A stretch of DNA of 64,000 nucleotides from Podarcis filfolensis. Its lineage: Eukaryota. The DNA lies in assembly GCA_964270895.1 (NCBI GenBank), contig OZ185443.1; one strand, written 5' to 3'. The position numbers and the translations under genes were made by a program. Below the pieces are notes generated by a model. The model saw only the letters and a program-made list of their open reading frames with translations, made no database searches and was not told the DNA's origin. The stretch's first letter is position 1. Each line of letters starts with the position of its first letter. Below, in pieces: positions 39,483-49,498 of this stretch.

Positions 39483-41124
39483 AAGGGGACAAGACTTTTA
39501 TCCCAAAGCCATTGTAAATCTAAAGCAGGGTTTATCCTCCTCTGTGAAATGAAAATTGGGGCAGGGGTGTTGAGATCAAGAACAACATTTGAGCCACAAA
39601 GACTGTCATGGGCCACTGCAAGTTTGCAGAATTATATGTAAATGACCTAAGTTTTGAATGTGGTGGCCTTGTGCTAATCCCAGAAAGAATATCTACTTAG
39701 CAAAAGAAAGTGAGGGAGGGCGGTGTGGTGGTTTTTGTCTAATTTGGTTAACAGTGGCCAAAAGTTGAATAAATTAATAATAATTTATATTTCCAGGGTA
39801 ACACTATCTCTGTAATGCTTCTGTGCTGCAGGAGTTTCTGAATGGCTTTGCGCCAGGAGAGAGAGAAAGAAATAGTCAAAGTTTTTTTTCCTTCTTCTTT
39901 CTCTCTCCATATTCTATCTCAAGGGATGAAGAAAATGAGTGTAAGACATGTTTTCCAATAATGGGCGCCAGGCACTCAATTTCTGCCGCTTCTATATTAT
40001 CCCTGTGGACATTTAACAAGCGCTATTTTCCTACAGCGCTCATTTGGATTTGGAGCCACAAGTGTGTCTTCACAAAACAGACAGTTATTTCTTCCCTGTC
40101 CTCAAATTGTCCACCAATATGACCTCTTTTTAAGTCAATCTGTCACACCCGGTTTTTCTGTGTTTACAGTTTAAATGGAAGAAATACACTATGCTTTATA
40201 CTCATTGTAATGAGGATTTTTTTGTCTGTCTCAGGATAATGGAGCTGATGGCTCACAAATTGTGGGTCAGCCTCTTCCATGACCTTAGTAAACAATCCAG
40301 CTCAGATCTCCCTAAAGCCTGCAGAATGAAATGGAATAAGTTAATTTACCTTCCGTCAACTGATCCGGAAGCCCAAAACACACTGAACAATGTAAAATAC
40401 TGATTGACACACACGTAGGGAAATATTTTCCCCCATAGCACATGAACGAATGCTGGTCTGGAACACAGCAAAGGTAAGTGCAACCTGAGGTAATAATAGG
40501 ACATTAAAATACAGGAATATTTGTGGGGTGAGAGAGAACTACACTGCAGCATGATTAATACATCTGAATTTAGAAAGTAACCTTTAGAATCATTGGATTG
40601 CCAAAACCTATACTTTTTGTTAGTTTGGCAAATTTAAAATCATTTTTTTAAAACTAACAACATTTTTCTGGTGTTAACTCTTTTGAAGTTTTAGTCAATG
40701 ACACTTGTGTGAACTGCTGAAAATGAAGTCTGTTTGTCCTTTACATGGTTTTAAGATCAAATATCTGTTTATACATAAGAATGAAAAAATGCTGTATGAT
40801 GATATTACTTCAGTATGGCATGAATGATTTTTTTTCCATGGGGGAAAGAATGAACTGTGAGCTCATTGGACAAAAGGAGGTATGTTGATGCAGTTTAAAA
40901 ATAAATAGTTTATATGGAAAGAGAGAAACAGCGCAGATCTAGCATCAGCTGCCATATGCAAGGCAAACAGTGCTGGATTAGCAAATAGGCAGAGTAGCCT
41001 ATGGGCCACACGACTTTTAGAGGCCCCACGACAATGGATCAAAATAGTATTGATTTGATCTTGAGAGAAAATTACAAAAATGTATCAGGAGATAATCTGC
41101 AAGCCTAAATGAGAGACAATGACC

Positions 41125-41310
41125 TGGGAGACTAGGGCTCAGATCTTCATTTATTCATGAAGTTCGCCTGGTGAACTTGGGCCAGTCACTGTCTCTCCAC
41201 CTAACCTACCTTACAGGGTTGTTCAGTTGATAAATGGAAAATAGGAAAACCATGTATGCAGCCTTGAGTTTTTGAAGGAAAGGCAGGATATAAATGTAAC
41301 AACAACAACA
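41125..41310 (+). mobile_element. old CORE/MIR-like SINE
   Basis: TTGGGCCAGTCACTGTCTCTC...CTTACAGGGTTGTT core and (AAC)n tail; further degraded copies near 10970, 14180, 27150, 29770. Confidence 0.6.
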
Positions 41311-42030
41311 TGGGAGTTTGGGTCAGTGCATACTTGAATTTTCTTTTTTCCTTATATTGAGATCTTATATGGAGTTCACCTTCATGGCAGCTATGCCTAT
41401 GTACCTCAGCAAGATTTTGTTACCATTGTTCTGAACAATTATAGAACCAAACTGTCAAAAGCCCTGGCAGTAAGTATTTTTCTTCTTTATTTACTCTGTG
41501 TTTTACACTCCCTTTTTGGTTTTCATTTTATATATGGTAACATTCCATTCAGCCTGCAAAAGGTGACTGGGAAGGGCATGGGGATTTATCTTTCAGGATT
41601 TGAGTACTTCAACTTCTTCATCTTAAAAAAAAGCTTATCCTCATTATGTAAGACTTCACCTTACTGTACAATGTAAAATTGGAGCCTTTCCATTTCCCTA
41701 CAGGACTTCTTTGCATGTTTTGCATAAAGGCAGAAAGGGTACGATCTGAAAGCAAGTTAAAATCTCACTTCTTGCAGCCTCAGTGCATCTCTGTTGAATT
41801 GTAGCATTACCTGGCTGAAATGCATATATAAACAGAACCACAAACTATCCTGGAAAGAGCTCTCACACCTCAAGTAGGCTTAGTCATCATTTTCTTTATG
41901 GATTCACTGAGTCATTGTGCTTTGCTTTGCTTTGCTTATTTAAATATGTATACTCTGCGTTTTGAGGAGCTTTCTCCCAAAAGCTGCTTATAATGTCCAT
42001 TGAAAACCAACTCCATCAGACAGTACAATA

Positions 42031-43370
42031 CAGTGGTACCTCTAGTTAAGAACTTAATTCGTTCTGGAAGTCCATTCTTAACCTGAAACTGTTCTTAACC
42101 TGAGATACCACTTTAGCTAATGGGGCCTCCCACTGCCGCTGTGCCGCCGCTGCACAATTTCTGTTCTCTCTTTTTTATATATATAAGATATTTATTAAAG
42201 TTTTTAGAAGTACAACAATAAAAATTAAAAAAACCTCATTTTAAACAAGAAAAGATAAAATACAAAAAAGAAAAAAAGAAAAATCAAAAAGAAAAAACAG
42301 AGAATTGAAATCCATTAAGCAAAAAATAAAATTCAATAAAAAATACAGCAAATCTTCCCATTACTTATCTTTCATTAACTTATTTCCCTGACCTCCTCAC
42401 ACCTCCCTTTTTTGTATTCTAAGTCAATTATCCATTTCAGCAAATCCTTTCCCTCTTTTCAAATTTTTGTCCTGTAAATTTATCTTAAAATTAATATAAC
42501 TTTACTTTCCCTCCTTTCACCAACTAACAGTCTATTTTTCCTAAATCTTTGTAGCATTTCTGCTAAAATCACATAAATTCATTCCAACATCATTCTAACA
42601 TTCATTAATCTTGCAATGTTTCTGTAAATAGTCTTTGAATTTCTTCCAATCTTCCTCCACCGACTCTTCTCCCTGGTCTCGGATTCTGCCAGTCATTTCT
42701 GCCAGTTCCATGTAGTCCATCACCTTCATCTGCCGTTCTTCTAGGGTGGGTAGATCTTGTGTCTTCCAATGCTTTGCAATAAGTATTCATGCTGCTGTTG
42801 TAGCATACATAAAGAAAGTTCTATCCTTCTTTGGCACCAATTGGCCGACCATGCCCAGGAGAAAGGCCTCTGGTTTCTTCAGAAAGGTATATTTAAATAC
42901 CTTTTTCATTTCGTTATAGATCATCTGCCAGAAAGCCTTAATCCTTGGGCATGTCCACCAAAGGTGAAAGAATGTACCTTCAGTCTCTTTACATTTCCAA
43001 CATTTATTATCAGGCAAATGATAAATTTTCGCAAGCTTGACTGGTGTCATGTACCACCTGTATATCATTTTCATTATATTCTCTCTTAAGGCATTACATG
43101 CCGTGAACTTCATACCTGTGGTCCATAACTGTTCCCAGTCAGCCATCATAATGTTGTGTCCAACATCTTGTGCCCATTTAATCATAGCAGATTTCACCGT
43201 TTCATCCTGAGTATTCCATTTCAACAGCAAGTTATACATTCTTGACAATGCACAATTTCTGTTCTCATCCTGAAGCAAAGTTCTTAACCCGAGGTACTAC
43301 TTCCGGGTTAGCGGAGTCTGTAACCTGAAGCGTTTGTAACCCGAAGCGTTTGTAACCAGAGGTACCACTG
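42031..43370. mobile_element. Tigger-like MITE, family 1, split by an L1 insertion
   Basis: halves 42031-42168 and 43249-43370, TA at both outer ends. Confidence 0.9.
42169..43248 (-). mobile_element. 5'-truncated L1-clade LINE (ORF2 C-terminus + 3' UTR)
   Basis: CCHC knuckle KCWKCKETEGTFFHLWWTC; one CGA>TGA nonsense, frame continues to TAG at 42595-97; AATAAA and A-rich tail; 18-bp TSD TGCACAATTTCTGTTCTC. Confidence 0.92.
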
Positions 43371-44165
43371 TATAAAAATAGGAAATGCAGTATAACTAAA
43401 CAATAAACCAGAATAGAAAGTAAAGTACAGTAATAGAATATTCAAAAGATTAAAAAAACCAACAAGAATTTTAAAATACAGTAATAAACAAATGCTGGGA
43501 TAATCCGAGCTGAAATCCCTCTGCTAGGAAATCATGAGACATATTTGGACATAATTATAACCAGCCGTAAGTTCACCACCTGCAACTAATAGTCACTTAA
43601 ATCAAATGTGGATGAATAAAAATTCACAGTGCAACTTTGTATGTTTGTTCAGAAGTATGTTAATCTACAGCTATCAGAATGAGAGCAATTGCTCCAGAGT
43701 CAGTGGGTTCTGTTTTCAATCCTCCACTAGAATCAGATCAAGTAACATGACTGAATCTAGCATGTTAAGATGTGGAAGTCACATCAGGAATCATCTGAGG
43801 GTGACAGAATCATGTAATTGGTCATCACTGCCCAGCTTCCCAAGGGTATTGAATTACGCAGCAAACACCCAGGTCTCATTCAGACACTTGCTGTCTTCCA
43901 TGGGATCACTGTTGGTGTGTGTGTGTGAAATTCAACTAGGATCACATGGAATCTCTAGCTATTTGAACTTTCACCTCTGCATGAGGTCGGGGGGCTGGAC
44001 ACACACACAGCCATTGTGGTATGTGCAGTATTGTAGATCTTTTACCTGCTTCTGCAGTCACACAGGTTACATGACTGCTGCATGTTGATCTCCCACATGT
44101 GAACACCTTCCCCATACAAGCAATGGGACATGACCATAGTTTAATGGCAGAGTATATATGTTTTA

Positions 44166-44516
44166 GGGACGTGGGTGGCACTGTGGGTTAAACCACAGAG
44201 CCTAGGACTTGTCGATCAGAAGGTCGGCGGTTCAAATCCCCGCGATGTGGTAAGCTCCCATTGCTCGGTCCCTGCTCCTGCCAACCTAGCAGTTCGAAAG
44301 CATGTCAAAGTGCAAGTAGATAAATAGGTACCGCTCCAGCGGGAAGGTAAACGTCGTTTCCGTGCACTGCTCTGGTTTCACCAGAAGCGGCTTAGTCATG
44401 CTGGTCACATGACCCGGAAGCTGTACGCCGGCTCCCTCGGCCAATAAAGCGAGATGAGCGCTGCAACCCCAGAGTCAGTCATGACTGGACCTAATGGTCA
44501 GGGGTCCCTTTACCTT
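44166..44516 (+). mobile_element. Sauria SINE, full length
   Basis: box A/B head, CCCTTTACCTT tail, 12-bp TSD TATATATGTTTT (44153-64, 44517-28). Confidence 0.92.
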
Positions 44517-44764
44517 TATATATGTTTTGCAGGTAGAAGGTCCAAGGGCTGCTGGATGGACCAATGGTCTGATTCAGTATAAGGCAGCTTGAAGAAATGT
44601 TCCAGCTCTGGGCCTCAAGTGGACCTGGAGTCCAGCTGGTACCTAGTGCATTCCCATGTGCAATGGTGTGAGAACTCCATGGGTGCCTTAATGGGGCAGT
44701 AGTAAAACAGCTCCATGGTGAGATCTGCAATGATCCATTCAATAGCCCCCTTTCTCTGTCATGG

Positions 44765-44833
44765 ACGCTTTGGCTGAGATTCCTGCATAACTTGGGGTCC
44801 CTTCCAACTCTACAATTCTGTGGTTCTATGATT
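44765..44833 (+). mobile_element. CR1-type 3' tail fragment
   Basis: CCCTTCCAACTCTACAATTCTGTGGTTCTATGATTC ending. Confidence 0.65.
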
Positions 44834-45323
44834 CCATGACATGCTAATATCATTGTGTGAATTGGCTCCAGAGCCCTTGAGATTAAATCCTATAAGGTTT
44901 GCTTTCAAGGAAGCATGGAGATCTCAAGGCCAGGTTGCAACAACAAACAACACCATATATACGCCAGGGTATTCCCATCCGCATCAAAGGACACATCTGC
45001 TTAAGTTAAAGTCTTGTGGTGCAACCTGGCTCCTATCAAACCAATAGCAAAATAACCTACTGATTTTCTTGGTGTACCTTAGCCATTTGACACAGGCATC
45101 TCCCCCATCGCTTAAATAAAGTTTCCATTCCCCTTAGCTGTGTTTCTTTCTTCTTAAAATGCTTTCTTTAAAAAGGTAAAACGAAACAAAGCTAATGTGC
45201 ACCTAACCTTACTCCATTTGTGCCAAAATCAGAGCAAACATTTAGAAGAACTGGCTGGCAGAAAGATGAATAAATAAACACAGCAAACATATCTCAGGCT
45301 GAACCTTTTTCCAGAAGTATATC

Positions 45324-45389
45324 TTTATTTCACTCCACCATTAATTTCATATCTATTTACAGTTGTGGAAGGAGGCCAGATAATTTATT
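45324..45389 (-). terminator. candidate HELT polyadenylation signals
   Basis: AATAAA on minus at 45384-45389 and 45324-45329. Confidence 0.45.
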
Positions 45390-45604
45390 CTCTTGAAATA
45401 ATATAAATAGGTAATATGCGCAGGTGAGCTCAGCACTGCCTGGCCTTGGAAGGCATTTGGGGCCTTTAGGAACTGCAAGACTTGGAGAAGGTCGATGGCA
45501 TGGCAACACTGGGAAGGCAAAAGCCATACACTTCTCTCTCTCTGGCAGCTCTTTAAGACACGGGGACCCTTTTTGGACCACCAGCTGGCAACGCCAGACG
45601 TAGG

Positions 45605-46095
45605 CTATAGCACTGATGGATGCTGGGCAGAAGGCAGGCTGAATGTGTTGGGGTGGGAATGGCCAATTAGGTTGAGGTAGTGGCGGTCCAGACTTTGCAC
45701 GGATGACAAGAAGGTGCTGCGCTGCTGCTGCCCGTGGCCAGTGAGGGGCACAGGAGCGTTGGGGAGGTAAGGGAGAGTGGGGCTCCTAGCGGAGCTGTGC
45801 CAGGAAAAGGGGCCGTGTCCAGATCCCTGTTGGAACACAGGGTCATTGGGGCTGTGGCCCAAGCAGTCTGGAGCTGGTGGGAGCTGATAGGAGAAGTCTG
45901 GCTCTGGGAGAGATCCCAGTGAGGAAAAGATGGGTTCGGTGACAAAGCGAGCTTTGGACTGCAGGAAAGCCAGGATCCGGGCGTACTTGGTGTCCTTGGT
46001 CTCCATTCTCTCCACGGTGGTCAGGTAGTGAACTAGGTTCTTCATGCACTCATGGTAGCCATAGTGAAAGTAGTTGGCAAATTCAGCTAGAAGCT
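45605..46095 (-). CDS. HELT: HELT exon 4 (Orange domain and Pro-rich tail)
   Basis: CAG acceptor 46098-96; (E)LLAEFANYFHYGYHECMKNLVHYLTTVERMETKDTKYARILAFLQSK...QHPSVL stop; total CDS 720 nt = 239 aa + stop; no WRPW, as expected for HELT. Confidence 0.96.
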
Positions 46096-46649
46096 CTGTT
46101 GGAAAGAAAGAAAAATTGGGTTAGAGCAGTGGTTCCTATTCACACAGAGGAAGCCTAAAAAGCCATTAACTGTTAATAACTCATTCTTGAACTGCCCCTC
46201 TTCAAAATCAAATTGCCCCCTGTGGGGTGTGTGGTTTGGAACCATGGCTTGCCTACATGGGGCAGGAAGAAACTCAAACACCCCACCCTACAATGGACAC
46301 CCTGTTTTTCCTGCCTCTTGCAGCAAATTAATGGGAACCTGTTTTGCCTAATTTAGTAAGTAGAGTTTGGCAACTAGTGCTTCCCAAGTGGGGGGGTCTC
46401 AGTGGAGTGGCGAAGTAAAAAAGTAGGACAAGGCTCCTGCACCTTTGCAGGTATTCACCTGTATCTTCTTCACCTGACCATTTTACACATGGGAAAAGGT
46501 GCATTGGTTAACGTGGGCATCCCATGGAAGGCAATGCAACAGGACAAAGGAGGCTTCAAGAATGTTGCTGTTTTTGGATAGGATTCAGCCATATACTGGC
46601 AAATTAAAGTTGCACAATTAGAGTTGGTTTGGTGCTCTTGTGTGACAAA

Positions 46650-46932
46650 GGGCTCATCCACACTTACATTTGTATCATGATTTCTAGGCAGGGGGCCAAG
46701 AGGTATTCCTTTTGTCCTGCCACTTCCCCTGGGAAAACCAGTGGTTTACTACTGCATCAGAACAAACGTCAAATGGGTTTTCTCCAGATTTATGTATGTA
46801 CTGATTCAGCAGTAAACTGTGGGTTTTCCAGGGGAAGGCAAAGGGACGGAAGAAAAACCTCTCAGACCCATGCCTAGAAATCATGGGGCAAATGGAATAA
46901 ATTGCAGGACAAAAGGGGGTGTGGATGAGCTC
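46650..46932. mobile_element. long-hairpin Harbinger-like MITE in HELT intron 3
   Basis: TIRs GGGCTCATCCACAC / GTGTGGATGAGCTC plus internal complementary arms. Confidence 0.7.
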
Positions 46933-48210
46933 ACTCCCTACCCCAGTGATGGGAAAACACACTGGAACGTGTGAGATAACAATCGCTTGATGTGGCATCA
47001 CATAACCTCCCCACAATAACTGAAAATGAATGCTCAATACACATCCCATGAAGCCTAACAAATCAGGGGTAGATCAGCAAATACAGCATAAGAACAGAGC
47101 AACCCATGTTCTGCAGTCTTCCTAGTTAAGGTAGAAAAAGCAGCTATGTTTAAAGCACATTTGAAGCACAGGTTCCCACTCAAAGAATTCTGAGCACTTT
47201 TGTTTCTTAAGGGTTGCTGGGAATTGCAACTCTGTGATGAGTAAACTACAGTGCCCAGAGATATTTGATGGAAATAATGTGCTTTAAAGTTATGGTGCGT
47301 ACACAGCCTCAGAGTGTACTGATAAATTCTCAGCCAACAATTTTGCACTGGACTTCCCCCCTATGTAGCCAGGTATATACAAACAATATACACCTATTTG
47401 AGTATATGTTCACATCATATACATCTGCTGAGTTTTAATGATTCATCTAGCTGATGAAGTGGGCTGTTGGTCACAGAAGATTGTGCCATAATAAATGCAT
47501 TATTTCTTCATTATTCTACATCTCACAAGTCTGTAAAATCCTTCCTTATCAGGGAAAGAAGTTATCTTGCTGGATCAAACGAAATGTTGTTTGAGTCCTG
47601 CACTCTTGTCTCCAAAACCACCCAGGCTTGGAAAGCTCAAAGCAACGCCTAAGCTACTGTAATGCACTGTCTCTAATCATGGAGAGCTCCACCTTCCATT
47701 AATTTGCTTACTTTTTTGGGGGGGGGGAGTTTAATTAATGTAAAGGATTGTTTATTTATGTTCCATGCAATCCATTCACTGTGAGGTAGAATCACTGATT
47801 CCCAAATTACATACTGAAAACTGAGGCCACCACCCCACACCCATTTATCTGGGAGCTGGCCCCATTGTAATCAATGGGACTTACTTCTGAGAAGATTTAT
47901 AGGGGATTGCACTGGGGATCTGAGTCTAAGAGCTAGTGGGTTGCCCTTGGCGATTTAACTCCTGGACCACTAATCTGGTCGTGAAAACGTTTGTGTCCAA
48001 AATCCCTCCCAGTGTCGCGAGCTGAGATTTCTTTTCCTCTCCACCCGTGTCGCCGGGATCCCCCAGTTTCACTAATGGGATTTCCCACAGCAAAGTGTGA
48101 TCCATTCCCAAGGCTTCTCAGAGCTCAGCCAGCAGTTCCCGGCCAAGGGTCTTCTCCCTGCGCGCCTGCGTGGCCAGAAACGCACAGCCGCGGAAGAAGA
48201 GCGCGCCTAC

Positions 48211-48307
48211 CCTTTTCTCTCCCCCGAGGGAAATCTGCAGAGTGAAGGGCCCGCAGGTACTGGACGGTCATCTCCAGGATCTCCGCTTTCTCCAGCTTGC
48301 CGGAACT
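48211..48307 (-). CDS. HELT: HELT exon 3 (bHLH helix 2)
   Basis: CAG acceptor, GTAGG donor; SSGKLEKAEILEMTVQYLRALHSADFPRGREK. Confidence 0.97.
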
Positions 48308-48614
48308 CTGAAATGCACAAAGGCAGACAGGACTTCAGGGAGTTGTTTTCCAACCCCGTGCACCCGGAGCTTTGAATCCAGCAGAGTGGAGTTAACCTAA
48401 CGACAAAAAGGCTTGCAAATGAGCAGGAGTAAGCCACACTTGTTTCATTCACAAAGCTATGATCACGATCCCCTTATTTTGCAAAATGCCACATACACTC
48501 CTTTCCATGCAAAAAGAACAACAGCAGCAGCAGCCACTCCTAAGAAACCCCACGTACGCAAATTGCTTCCCCTCTCGGCCGGAAAGACGCAAAACGCAAC
48601 TTTGGGATGCGCAC

Positions 48615-48719
48615 CTGTTTTGCCAAAGCCATTGGCACCGTCTTTCCGAGTTCGTTCAGACAGCGGTTGATCCGGTCCCTTCTCCTTTTCTCGATCACTT
48701 TATGGGAGACCGGGATCCT
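48615..48719 (-). CDS. HELT: HELT exon 2 (basic region, helix 1)
   Basis: CAG acceptor, GT donor; RIPVSHKVIEKRRRDRINRCLNELGKTVPMALAKQ. Confidence 0.97.
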
Positions 48720-49362
48720 CTGGAAAATGCATGAGAACGACAGGCTTAGGCTAGACACACGTGTGGTATGGCAAGATGGAAGGGAGCATCGCATCAGAAC
48801 GCGAAGTCGCTCCATCACCTTTAATTTTTCTTGACGTCTCCAGACACTTCTCTGCCCTTCAACACCTACTTCTGTACAGCTTGGAACAACTCTTTAAGAG
48901 CCAGGCACTTGTGAGCTCCTCCTATCCAACTCTCCAAGCTTTTGACATACTGGAGACAAAAAAGAAACAAAAACCTCCCCAAAACTTAGCAATGCAGCAA
49001 CCTTACTGCTGGAGACGATGATGGGCCCATCATCTGCTGATGGTACCATCATCCTAAGAAGGCAAACTGGGGTGGGGGACGGCAAAGCCTCAAAACTGAG
49101 ATATTGGAAACTTTCATACGAGATTTGAAACGTCCAGATATATGAAGCGCCAAATACTGCAAGGTTCCTATATCTCAGGAGTTTCGAGACTTCGCCTCTT
49201 TCTTTCTATTTCCTGAGTTCTGGTACTGCCCCCCCCCATCCCACACATAATCACAAGCCTCAAAACCGATGTCTAAGCCTGTGCAGCTAAGGGCCACCAG
49301 TTCCTTGAGGAAAGGTCGAGCCCAGTGGCAGCGCGCAGGGCACCTTCCCTTCTCCAACTCAC

Positions 49363-49389
49363 TTTCCGTTCCTTCAATTTGGAGGCCAT
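49363..49389 (-). CDS. HELT: HELT exon 1 coding part
   Basis: ATG 49389-87, MASKLKERK, GTGAGT donor. Confidence 0.93.
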
Positions 49390-49492
49390 CGTGACAAGAA
49401 GCCGCTGCTGGGGGAGAAGCTCGCAGAAGGCACCCGATGTCCTCCTTCAAGTGGCCCAGGTGGATTGCAGAGCCCTAACTTCCAAGGGGCGG

Positions 49493-49498
49493 TTTATA
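49493..49498 (-). promoter_or_regulatory. HELT TATA box
   Basis: TATAAA on minus about 105 nt upstream of the ATG. Confidence 0.65.

Noticed and set aside
46093-46101. Tandem (NAGNAG) acceptor at HELT exon 4
   Set aside because: Sequence is AACAG|AG, so only one in-frame acceptor is present
48720-48818. In-frame ATG in HELT intron 1 giving an alternative N-terminus
   Set aside because: Only 33 open codons, includes the pyrimidine tract; canonical exon 1 with TATA and donor explains the gene
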